A stretch of DNA of 64,000 bases from Ginglymostoma cirratum (GCA_024137785.1 JAHRHZ010000102.1:5882000-5945999); one strand, 5' to 3'. Positions 49,351 through 61,462 are shown, numbered from the stretch's first letter. Numbers and translations are program-made. The notes: generated by a model from the sequence alone, not told the origin.

Positions 49351-50078
49351 TTTTTTTTCCCTTTTAACGTGTTTTAAAGGAACACAGTAAGGGATCAATT
49401 AATATTGCAAGAAGACACACAGAAAGAGGCGTGTGAAATGCGAGACTGTGAAATCAAAACTCATCCTGAGCGGCTTTTATTGAAATGGACCATTATTTCT
49501 TGGAGCATCAGGCTCAGGAAAATGCACAGAGCGATGTTAAACGAAACGGCCTTCGTTCGAAAGGGCCAGTTTTATGGCGTTCTGCGTTGATGAGCTCATT
49601 TGTGAGTTTTGCCTCATTTTAGGATTTTAGAGTCGTCTGCCCCGTTCACAATTCCGTGTCATTCACAAATGTCCGGGGAAGGGGTGATCCCAGTACTGCC
49701 TCCTGATTTCTTGTTTACCGTTTTGCCAAATCTCCCAAGAAGCTTTCTGAAAACGCAGCCCCGCTAAATGAGGTCAGACGACGTGAAGTAGGGATGGGGC
49801 AGAGCTCCCAGTACAGGCAACACGGCAAGGGAATCACTCAAAGGGAAAACAAATGTTTCATAATACACGCAATCCGACTCTGATGTTTCGTGAATGTTGT
49901 CATTCTGCGTGAAATCCGAGTTCGAACAGAATGTGGGAAGTTACACAAAGTTTATGTTTACACAGCCGCGTTAATGTTAGAGAACATCAGTGATGGTCTT
50001 TTGACATCATCCTCGAATGCACGTGTCACACGCCAGATGAAAAGCCTAATACTTGCTGTAAACCCAGTACTCTATGCT

Positions 50079-50149
50079 AGCAGAATGGTGCAGAGCGAGC
50101 ATGCTGCGCCAATTAGGTTAAACATCACTAGATCGAAAGCACTCTGAAT
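50079..50149 (+). pseudogene. tRNA-iMet pseudogene (mirror at 52591-52662 on minus)
   Basis: AGCAGAATGGTGCAGAGCGAGCATGCTGCGCC...AGATCGAAA..CTCTG. Confidence 0.6.
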
Positions 50150-51527
50150 TTTAGGAGCTCCATGTTGCGGTGAACATGTACTGATCGCTGCCAGTGTCCT
50201 TCCGGCAAAGAGCTGCAGTACGCTGCATCTTGATCAACTTCCCGCAACTCCATGTGTCAGAAATAATTGTCTCATATTGATACACATCATCTGCACTGTG
50301 TTCCATGCGCAAGATGCCCTGCAGGAATTGCCCACGCTGCTTCGTATAGCAGCGTCATCCCGGTGAAATGAGAAGTCATGAACGACAAGAGGGTCAGTGT
50401 GTCGGAGACAGCATCGTGGCACAAGCGCAGTTCAGCATTATTCGCACTGATGTCAACGATTGTCAATATCTCAGGGAGATACAAGCGACAGACAGTCCCC
50501 GTGGACTCGATGGGCTAAACGACTTCTTCCTGCATGGGAATGACGTCATGGGTTTAATTCAGGCTTACCGTTAATGTGAAGAGAGGTTGTGGGACTGTGG
50601 TTTCCGCTCTTGCTGTTGGATGGAGATCACTATTCCTGTGCCCAGTAAGAGTAAAGGAATTGCTGTTGATTGGAAGCACCTCTTTCTGAATTCGCTGTCA
50701 CTCTGCTGCAACAGGAGGAGCTGGAAAATCCTGATGAATTGGAAAATGCAATGTGGCGTCCATAGATTAAGTAATAAAAAATCAGTATATTATTGTTAAC
50801 ACCGCGCTGTCACCAAGTGAACGAATCCTTGGATTTAAGGAAGAAATATTTGTATCCAGATGGCGCTTTCCCAAAGCAGAGATGAAACCAGATTGCCCAG
50901 GGGCAGGGCAACTTTAAAACTTCACCCTTTGTTTTCTGATGACGCATATAAGCTGCAAAGACCTTTGAGACCTTAGACTGATACCGATTCATAATGAACC
51001 ACTTTCACAGGTTCTTGAAGATTTTCTTCGGAGTATATTAACTTGTGAGTAAAGGACACGGTTGGACATAATGCGGGTTTGTCCAACATTTGAACGCAGT
51101 GATTCTCACAGCCTCAATAACGACCTGCAGTGAGAAACATACCTCTATACCAACGAGTCAGCTGCTGTTTTAGCTTTTGAATGAAAACTAGGTGATACTC
51201 ATACAGCGATATAGTCCATATTTCGGATGTCGGAGACGCGGGTTCAACTTCCATCTGCTCCAGAGGTGTGCATCTCTGAACAAACTTATTACATTTAAAA
51301 CAAAACAGTTGCTTCCGTAAGTGAAAACAGCAACAAACAGCTTCTTCCCATTCGGTCTCCATGTTTCCGGGAAGCTGTTCTTAGCTCCATTCCCCTTAGG
51401 ACCGTGTTCACTTCATTTGCAGATAGATTAAACCATTTGCCTCCACGGGCTGACAGTGCTGGGGGATTGTTTCCACTCTGCAGCTCCCTCGCAAACACTG
51501 GAAGGGGAAAGGAACAGAAGAGGCAGA

Positions 51528-51623
51528 GATAACAAGGTGTCGGGCTGGATGAACACAGCAGGCCAAGCAACATCAGAGGAGCAGGAAAGTTGATGTTTCG
51601 GGTCTGGACTCTTCTTCAGAAAT
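51528..51623 (-). mobile_element. 96-nt hammerhead-bearing PLE-tail insertion with 12-bp TSD
   Basis: AGAAGAGGCAGA at 51516-51527 and 51624-51635; minus CTGAAGAAGAGTCCAGACCCGAAACATC; paralog at ~16855-16880 is empty. Confidence 0.88.
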
Positions 51624-54600
51624 AGAAGAGGCAGAACCAGATTTGTTTAGGAAATTAAACGACAATTGGGAGCTTTCATCAAATGACATTTATCGGTGAC
51701 GGGAAGAAGGATGAAAAGCTGCTGGAAAAGAGAAAAGTCGAAACTGTTATCTTTAAGTTAATATTGGCATCTTTCTATGCAGCCTGTTTGGTGCTCAGAA
51801 TTCACATAGAAATCTTACAGAAAGACTTGCAACACGGACGTCGGTTGCTTTGCTGTGACCGGGCAGGAGTTAATATCTGGCAGCAACAGTCCCAGATTAG
51901 AAGAATTGGAGTGAAACACTCACTCACTGACAGTCATCTCCTATGGTCTTGAGCTGCGGGGCTGCACACAGTTCAACGCGGAAGGGGTGGGGGGGAGCTT
52001 TAAAATGAGCCATTCTTTCTCACTCGTTCTGTCGCAGGAAACGTGAAAAGTCACACGACACCAGTACATAGTCCAACAGATTTGTGTGAAATCACACGCT
52101 TTCAAAGCGCTGCTCCTCCACCAAGTGAAGTGACAGTTTTCACAGGCATCTCCGCGTCACAGAGTCAGGGAGAGAGACGCCATAAAGCCATGACGTCATT
52201 TCCATGCAGGAAGAAGTCGTTTAGCCCATCGAGTCCACGGGGACTGTCTGTTGGTTGCATCCCTCTGAGATATTTACAATGGTTGACATCTGTCCGAATA
52301 ATGCTGAACTGCGCCTGTGCCGCGATGCTGTCTTCGACACACTGACCCTCTTGTCGTTCATGACTTCTCATTTCACCAGGAGGACGCTGCTGTCCGAAAC
52401 AGCGTGGGCAATTCCTGCAGGACATCCTGCGCATGGAGCACACTGCAGCTGGTGTGTATCAATATGAGACAATTATTCTTGACACATGGAGTTACGGGAA
52501 GTTGATCAAAATGCAGCGTACTGCAACTCTTTGCCGGAAGGACACTGGCAGCGATCAATACATGCTCACCGCAACATGGAGCTCCTAAGATTCACAGAAT
52601 GGTTTCGATCTAGTGATTCTGAACCTAACGGGCGTAGAATGCTCGCACTGCACCTTTCTGCTAACAGGGCTTTCAGACAAGTGTTGGGCTTTTCATCTGG
52701 CGTGTGACACGTGCACTCGAGAAAGATGTCAAAAGACCATCACTGATGTTCTCTAACATTAACGCGGCTGTGTAAACATAACCTTTGTGTAACTTCCCAC
52801 ATTCTGTTCGAACTCGGATTTCACGCAGAATGACAACATTCACGAAACATCAGAGTCGGATTGCGTGCATTATGAAACATTTGTTTTCCCTTTGAGTGAT
52901 TCCCTTGCCGTGTTCCCTGCACTGTTATCTCTGCCCCAACCCTACTTCACGTACTCCGACCTCATATAGCATTGCTGCGTTTTCAGAAAGCTGCTCGGAG
53001 ATTTGGCAAAACGGTAAACAAGAAATCACGAGTCAGTACTGGGAACATCCCTTTCCTGGACTTTTGTGAATGAAACGGAATTGTGAACGGGGCAGACGAC
53101 TCCAAAATCCTAAAATCAGGCAAAACGCAAAAATGAGCTGATCAACGCAGACCGCCATAAAACTGGCCATTTCGAACGAAGTCCGTTTCGTTTAATATCA
53201 CTCTGTGCATTTTCTTGAGCTTGATGCTCGAAGAAATAATGGTCCATTTTAACAAAAGCCGCTCAGGGCGAGTTTTGATTTCACAATCTCGCATTTCATA
53301 CGCTTCTTTCTGTGTGTCTTCTTGCAATATTAATTGATCTCTTACTGTGTTCCTTTAAAACACGCTGAGGGAATAAACAAAGAACAACAGTGATTACAAA
53401 GGCTACTAGGATCATAACGCAAAATCCAACAACTATACGATTGCAACGCCATACAATAGACTACACGAAAAGCAGAAAACAAATAGTGCTAAAGAGCACC
53501 AGACACACATTAGGCATACTTACTAAAGAGTAGACTGACATTAGGTAAATCAGAATGGGGAGAATATTTGCAATTCATGGCTCCAGAGGTTATGAACGTC
53601 TGTATTCAGTCTGTAAAAGACTGAGATTGATCGATTGCTACAGATTAAAAGCATTAAGAGCTCAAGGGATAGTGCAGAAACATGTTGTCGAAGCAAAAGA
53701 TCACTCATGATCTCAGTGAACGGCGAGGCAGGCTCGATGTTTGCTACTTATGTCGGTGTGGAATGAAAATACATTGACACGTTTGTTCCGAATTGAAGTG
53801 TTCGCAGGAAGCAGGAAGCTGAGGGAGACGCAGAGCAAACCGATGCACACGGGACTGCTGGAGGTGCAAAGACCCTTCCTGCAGCACTCATGAAATTGCA
53901 CAGCACAGGGGAGAAAATTGATGCACTGAATTTGGGTTGAGTGGCCCTGTATCCAATCACAAGTCAGGGTTTAATGGGATAAAAGGTATTAGAACAAACA
54001 TTGTTAACATTTACTCGGATATAAAAACAACAGACACGGACTGGGTTTACTGGGATATGAAGACGTTAGGGAGGACACAAATAGGATTTACTGGCTTTCT
54101 AGCGCACGATAAACTGTCTCACCTGTTTCCTGCTATCTGTATTGAATCAATCTCTCAAACTGATTTTATTGCCACACGGGCCAAGGTTGTAAATGCTGAA
54201 ACTATACACCAGACGAGACTGTCCGTTCTCACACATTCCACTTCTCTCCAGGAGCTGTCAAGATGAATTGCCTTGCCCCGTTCTCTTTCGCTCTGGGATT
54301 ATTTGAATAATAAATCCATTCTGTGAGCTGGGGGAAATGTGATGAAATTTATACACATCAGGTGCAGTGTGTCTGGGAGACAGGACTTCCTTCAGTAGCA
54401 CCCCTTGCTGAATCAGACAGCCGCGCCCTTCCTGTGACACTGGGAACGACACAGACACAGATCCCCACGATTGGGAGAGATTCTATCTTTCCCAACAACT
54501 GTGAATTTTTCGCACTGTGTCAGATGTGGTAATTTGGACAAGGTTCCCAACAGAATGTTAGTTTCTCTGCATGCACGATCTCCCTTTGCACAGCCTTCCA

Positions 54601-55427
54601 CACTTTCCATGCCTCCCACTCCCACCACACCCCTCCCCTGTCCTCCAAGTCCATGTTTGGCGGGGAGCTGAAGAGCGCATTCGTGTTGTTCTCCTCCAGC
54701 ACGGCCTGCCAGTGAAAGATTGTTTACTCCAGCAGTCGATGGACACAACGTGGCCCGGGGGAATAGTGCTAACAGATCCTCCTTGGAGCAGGGGTTCAGA
54801 ATGGGAAGAAGCTGTTGTTAAAACTCAGTGCTGCTTTAGTGTTAACAGATCTGAGCTGTTGCTGGTTCATTGGTTTCGGGATATAATTCTGTTCCTTGTG
54901 GATGGAGTAAATAGGAACAGCTCTCGCGTTTGAATTACAGGCGATCTCTGGAGTTCTGTGTCTTGCTCCATTCTTCACTGAGGTGTTCTGATTTTGTTGA
55001 GATCGAGTTCAGCCTGAGATCCCTCAGGATCTGTGTGGCGACTATATTTTATTTTAAATTCGTTCCTCGGATATTGATTCACGGATGACGGCGTTGTTGG
55101 CTAGGCTAGCATTTATTGCCCATCCCCAAATACTCAGACACATGGTCAACCACATTGCCTGTGGGTCTGCAGTCACAGGTCGGCCAGACCAGGAAATGAT
55201 GGCAGTTTCCTTTCCTGAAGGGCATTAGTGAACCAGATGTGGTTTCTCCAACAATCGATTCACAGTCATCATTAGATTCTTAGTTCTAGATACTTATTCT
55301 ATTCGAATTCTACCATCTGCCGTGGTTTCGAACCCAGGTCCCCAGAACGTTATCCAGATATCAGGATTCACATGCCAACGGAAATACCACTATTCCATCG
55401 TGTCCCCAATTTGCGCCAATTGCATGT

Positions 55428-55517
55428 GGCTGGTTGGTGTCGGGGTATGATACTCGCTTCGGGTACTGTATGATGATGACATGCGTGGGATTCTGGATTC
55501 AACACCAGGACGAGTCC
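55428..55517 (+). pseudogene. Intron-containing tRNA-Pro (anticodon CGG); intron 55464-55481
   Basis: GGCTGGTTGGTGTCGGGGTATGATACTCGCTTCGGG[TACTGTATGATGATGACA]TGCGTGGGATTCTGGATTCAACACCAGGACGAGTCC. Confidence 0.82.
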
Positions 55518-56300
55518 CACTGCCTTATATCACTTTTTCCACAATGCCCAATCAGCCTTCCGAAACACCAGGTTCATTCAAAGAGGTCGGGTTGCCTGAA
55601 GTGGGGATGAGGCAGAAGTTCCATTGCAGTGAACACGGCCAAAGAGAACGCTTGTTCAAATCAAAAACAAATGTTTCAGTTTGTTTGCCCACGCAATCTG
55701 ACTGTGAGTGAAAATTCCAGCTGTATTATTGCACAGGTCAGGGCATGAAACTTCCGGAAGTGGGAATGCAAAGTGATTGGAGACAGAGTTTAACAGACTC
55801 ACGTGAACGGTGCCATGTATGAGGAATGGCCGGAACGAAGTTCGGTGGGAAAGTTGGGAAAGCTGTCCTTGGGGAACGGAAAGCTGAAGTTTTGAGCAGA
55901 GAGAGGCCGGGTCACTAAAACGGTGTCTAACAGTACTAAAGACGCAGATTCAATCAACAAAAAAGGAAATTTGATGGTTACGTCACAAATAACAATGGGC
56001 AGAGTTACACAGAGAAGGCAAGAGAATTCCATGAAATGACACTCATTTGCTCATTGTGGAGAGCGGCACAGATAAGGTGGGCTGCATGGCCACCATCTGC
56101 ATTGTGACAAATTTTGTGATTCTGAGTGAAATCCGAATGTGGGAGTAACAGGATGTGGGACATTAGACAAAGGTTATGTTTACACAGGCGAGACACATCT
56201 GCGCACATCTTACACAACAACAATGATTTTTTAAAAATTCATTCTTGAAGGTACATGCCACACGCCAAATGAAAAGCCGAAAAAGTTGGCCAAGGGTTTA

Positions 56301-56372
56301 TGCAGAATGGCACAGCGGGAGCGTGGTGGGCCCATTATCCAAAGATAAAGGGGTCAAAACCCTCGTTTGCTT
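56301..56372 (+). pseudogene. tRNA-iMet pseudogene
   Basis: TGCAGAATGGCACAGCGGGAGCGTGGTGGGCCCATTATCC...; about 18 of 72 positions differ from the vertebrate iMet consensus. Confidence 0.78.
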
Positions 56373-57264
56373 TTCCTTGCAAGCACGATTTGTGCTTTGT
56401 GGGAAGGTCATGTGTCTGAATTAAATCCTTTATGTTGGTACACATGTGAGGTGACACACTTGTCAAGATCTCAGTAGTTTTCTCCTGTTCACTGTTGGGC
56501 TTCTCTAAGTTGCGACGAAGCTGGGGTAGTTGAAACATATTACCTGTAGTGTTTTTCCAAGACCCGCAGTAATTGCACATACTTTCAGACGTGAATAACA
56601 AGACGATAATCATGTTGGAGACAGCATCACGGCACAGACACGTTTAACCATTAGTAGAACAGATATCACCGATTGTGAATAACCTCAGAGAGATACAAGT
56701 GACAGAGAGACACCGTGGATTCGATGGGCTGAACGGCTTCTTTCTGCCATGGGTTTATGACGTCACTCTCCTTGTCTCTGTGGCCGAAGCGCAATTTGCA
56801 ACTTCTTTAAAATTCCAAGATCATCTTTCTCACTGTTCTGATGCCCTGATCAATTTTGAATTTGATCTGCAGGAACTGGAATCCTTTCACTGCCTCACAT
56901 CAGTAAATGTTTCTGAGAACATTGGAGTCAGTGTCCCAGCGTCATCAGAGGTGGGGAAGCTGAAGTAATACCATACACTGCCATTTGGCACCTTTTAACT
57001 TCTCAAAGCACTCAATCACTGCATGTCCTTGGAATGGAAAGGAAACAGAATTTTTTTAAAAATCCACTCGTCTCAACTTTGTGAATCTTCAGAACTGGGA
57101 ATCAGAGGCACATGAAGGGTGTACTGTTCCTCTGAGTAGAGACAGTTAAACTACGGTCCCTTTTTTAAGGGACCAGGACATTCATTGATCCGAGACATTA
57201 AAAGTAGTCCCGCCAGGTGCTGCTTGAACTTTGCTGCTGTTATTGTGAAGATAGTAAATCCTCA

Positions 57265-57336
57265 TTCCCTGAGTAGGGCTCGAGCCCAGGCGACAGTGAT
57301 AAAAGTAGCGTACCTTTACCACTAGGCCACCCGGGA
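57265..57336 (-). pseudogene. tRNA-Glu pseudogene (mirror of 45396)
   Basis: TCCCGGGTGGCCTAGTGGT...CCTGGGCTCGAGCCCTACTCAGGGAA. Confidence 0.72.
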
Positions 57337-57957
57337 ACAAGCAGACTTGCCTCATTTCTTAATAACACAGCTTCTGGCTTGTATTTCATTGGTAATCAGT
57401 TGCTCCTGCAAAATTCTCGCATCATTGAGTTTTTTACGGCATGGAAATAGGACGATCATCCCAGTTTCCAGCACTTGGCCTTTTAGCATTGTGTGCTCTC
57501 ATGTTTCAAGTGTTCATTTCAATGTTATTTTCCCTGTAACATTTTAACCTCACGCATCACTACCAATGAGACTGAAGTTTGAGATGGGAAAACTGTGTTC
57601 GTGCGTCCTTGGGGAAGTGAACCTCAATTTCACTCACTTGGCTTTATTGTCCCATTTCAGAATTCAAAACTAGAATCTGTTTACAGTAACAAAAGGAAGC
57701 AGTCGGCTGCTGCCCTGGGTTTGTGTTCCTCCCCTGTTGTTTCCTTGCCTCACCTCGCTCTTCCGGCCAAACATTGCTCATGCCAGATGCTTCCTGCCCT
57801 TCTGCATGGTCTTGCTCAAGTACATGGAGGGACAAACAGGAATGTGGAATTTCGAACACATCTCTCGCCTGTGGAGGAAATGATATTGTCATAATTCAGA
57901 TAATGTTTAAAGGGCTCCTTTTGATCTTGCAAGCAGCGGGTGTACAAAACGAGCCAG

Positions 57958-58030
57958 AGGCGCCGGTAAGTCTTGAATTCTCGACCTTTGGATTACAAGA
58001 CCAGTACTCTGACAACTGAGCTATGGAGCC
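57958..58030 (-). pseudogene. tRNA-Thr(TGT) pseudogene (mirror of 44604)
   Basis: GGCTCCATAGCTCAGTTGTCAGAGTACTGGTCTTGTAATCCAAAGGTCGAGAATTCAAGACTTACCGGCGCCT. Confidence 0.85.
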
Positions 58031-58664
58031 AGACGGCTCGATGGAGAAAGAAGGTCTCATGTACTAGAAATTACAAAGTAATTGTTCATTGGAGACCTTG
58101 CGTATGATAAACCAAGACGGAACAAAACCGAAACAGAGAGGGGCATCACGTGCAGGAGGATGGGAGAATGCAAGGCCGAATCAGACAGCGTCCTGAGCGA
58201 TATAAACAGATCTTTCCTGGTAGTCCAGTCATTACGATTCAGTGCCTTCACTGCCATAGCCTGTTAATGGTTAACATCTACAGTAAAAAATAAGAAATAT
58301 TGACTGATCTTTAGAAGTGGAATTATGTCATTGATCAGTCAAAATCGCTTCACTCCATGTTACAGTTCCACATCAGCAATGCCAGCTGCAACTGCCTGAC
58401 GTGCAATCGGTTTAAAACAAGAATAGAGGGGAGGTCAGGAAAAGTGAAGGGCAATGGTAGTTTGTGAGAGTTGACTGTAGGCCGAGTGGAGCCAGGCTCA
58501 ATGTGGGTGCTGAAGAACAGTCTTTACTGTTTACCCTGGGATACAGATCACATTGGATCAATCACACAAGGACTCTCCTTTGTGTGTTGTCCTTTGCACA
58601 TCACAACTCGGTTCAGTGCTTCGAGGGGTTCGGAAACCTTTAATTTGGCACCTAACTCAGGTCA

Positions 58665-59463
58665 GTAGTCCACAAACTAATCTGTGTTGGGACACTATTT
58701 AAACGGGCCACCACTCATTGCAATGACCCAGAACTGTGCAGAAAGAGGAAGAACACCAATACAAAATCTTCGCTTCGAACGGATATCCCTGCAAATTCAT
58801 TCACAGGTGCCTACTAAATCGCAACACGAAGAGGACACATTATGCCCTAACACACTGGCCACACTGCCATACATCAACAACATATCAGAACTGACAACTC
58901 CTACGACCACTAGGAATTACAGTTGCACACAAGCCCCCGGCCATGCTACGACATACACTCACAAGATTAAAGACCCCATACCCACGACATGCAGAACCGA
59001 CATCGTTTACAAAATACCGTGCAACAACTGCCACAAACATTATATCAGAGAGACAGGAAGGAACCTAGCCATCAGAATACATGAACATCAGCTAGCAGCA
59101 AAATGACATTTCGAACTTTCCCGAATATGAGTACACTCCGATAATGAAGGCCATCAGTTTACCTGGGTCAACATAACCATAGTTGCCCAAGCCAAACATC
59201 GACACAAATGGGAATTCCTCGAGGCATGGTTCTCAATCCATAATGCAATCAGCAAATATATAGAATTGGACCCCATATACAACCCACACAGAACAGAACT
59301 GGAAATGACAGAACTCACCGTAATGGACAGGGCAGAATGTATCCCAAGTGGAGTCGAACAACATCGCTTCATCGGAAGACTCACTCATGACATTACCTAG
59401 CATGGTGATAAAACGTCTGAACGAAAACAAGCCAGCTGGGCGAGCAAGTTAACAACCTCAACT
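58665..59463 (+). mobile_element. Poseidon-type PLE fragment (GIY-YIG)
   Basis: KIKDPIPTTCRTDIVYKIPCNNCHKHYIRETGRNLAIRIHEHQLAAK...FLEAWFS; degenerate hammerhead near 59384-59420. Confidence 0.88.
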
Positions 59464-59813
59464 TTAATGAGTGGCTCAGTGCCAGTCTTTTTGATATTAT
59501 ACGCACACTGTTCTACCAGCTTCTCCCGCCGTGCACAAGGTACCCCGACAAAAGGCAGCTTAGTGCGGAACACAAGCAGTTCCCCCTGACAATGGCTTCC
59601 ATTGCCATGAGCTGGGATATGAAATAGACAGTGAGCTGAAGTAGCCCCACACTCATGTTACTCATTTACCTTTCAATTTCAATTTTCAACTTCCCAAACC
59701 CAACGATCGAGTCACTTCAGCTGCTGGGAATCTGACAAAAACAGCGCTGGGCATACATTCCTCTTCAGAAGCATCTGTCAATTTGCAAGGGTAGAAAAAC
59801 TGTCAACTTCATT

Positions 59814-59886
59814 CGAGCGAGGGAGGATACAACATTTCAATCTTCCAATGCAAAGTCAGACGCAGTAACAATTATACCACTGGCTC
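59814..59886 (-). pseudogene. tRNA-Arg pseudogene (mirror of 42613)
   Basis: Shares the dead B-box GTTGTATCC with the left-arm copy. Confidence 0.65.
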
Positions 59887-61366
59887 CACACGTCTTGCTG
59901 CAGCTTTCATCCTGTCGACTTGTGATGTATTCAGGGATACCGGCGGAAAAAGCATTCGCAAGCTCAATATCCAGCAAAATAATCGTCGTCACTGCTGCAT
60001 TTCAATGTTCTCCACTTTGTGAAGTGGTGAATTTCACTGCCAATCGAAACACTTTCGTCGTTATATGCCTGCTTTACTGCCACCCGTTTCTCTGCCACCC
60101 ATTTCTCTGCTGGGACTTGCCATTGTTTTATTCACAGTCAATGCAAAGTTTGCCTCTCATATTTTTTTAAGTTTATCTCCTCTCAACTTCAAACTGTCCT
60201 CTAGTCTTGAAGTCTACCATCCCAGGGAAAAGACAACTACCATTAGCACTATCTCCACATCTCACTGTTTTATAAACTTCTGTCAGGTCGCCTCTCAACC
60301 TCTGAAGGACCAGAGAAAATAGTCCAAGTGTATCCAACCTCTCTTTATAAATCAAACCTCCCATACCAGACAACATCCTGGTAAACCTCTTCTTAACACT
60401 TGCCATCTTAAAAAAACCCTCCTCCTACTGTGCGACCGAATCTGCACACTGTACTCCAGAAGAGGACTCACCAACATCCTGTACAACCTCGATATGACTT
60501 TCCCAACTCCTAAACTAAACAATTGAGCAATGAAGGCAGGCGTGCTAAAAGCCTGTTTAACCTGTCTGTCCATATGTGATGTAAACTTCAAAGAATTATG
60601 TACCTGCACCCCTAGTTCCCGAAGGAGGCACCTTAACAGTGAGACAAAGTCTGTTGGCCGTTGGGGAAGAGTTTCGAAATTCTTTGAACTCACGTCTAAA
60701 GAAATTTATTGTACATGTGCAGCTGAATAAGATCGGCAATTCATTATCCGTGAAGAACTATAAATGAAACTAAACATTTTTTTCTATAAACAAGTAAATT
60801 TAGACCCTCTCGAGTCGGAAAGAAACCGTCGCCCAGAGGCGCGATTCCGGCTTTAAAATGGTGCCTTAATGATTCAAACACATTCCGATGATGTTGGGAA
60901 CATTTCATACTTTCCGAACTCCACCCAAGAAATCCACAAACAAGGCTCTGTCTCTTTGCGTTTTGAACACTCCCTCCCTCTCAGCAGCTCTTTATTTTAA
61001 GCTGACAAAAATTCTGACCAAACTTGAACGTAACATTCGCACATTTCAACGAGATAAATCTAATTCCTTTTTCGAATGTTCAATGACCTGTGGAGTTTGC
61101 ATCAAATTGAATGAATTGAAGCGAGTTAAACAGCTTTTTCCCGCAACTTTATTCAATTTTGAATAGCCACATGAGAAATGCTTGCGATCTGAAAAAGATC
61201 ATCTTTTATTCTCTCGCCGCAAATTTTTTTTTAACATTTCGAACATTTCCAAGACGTTTGTCGATCGTTGAGTCATTTTCAAATCCTCAGAAACTGGCAA
61301 TATCCCAGAAACTTTGCTCAAAATTGGCTATGCTCCTTAGTGTCTTATCCCACGACAAATTAAATC

Positions 61367-61462
61367 TGTGCCAGCAGAGACTTGGACTCACAACCTCGGC
61401 AATACACACGTCTCGACACAGTCATATAAATACTGCAGGCTAACCGACTGCACCACTTGAGC
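61367..61462 (-). pseudogene. Intron-containing tRNA-Ile(TAT) pseudogene (mirror of 41036)
   Basis: GCTCAAGTGGTGCAGTCGGTTAGC..GTATTTATA[intron]TTGCCGAGGTTGTGAGTCCAAG. Confidence 0.8.

Noticed and set aside
49440-49710. Possible snRNA or 5S gene
   Set aside because: No match to the U1, U2, U11 or 5S sequences I recall.
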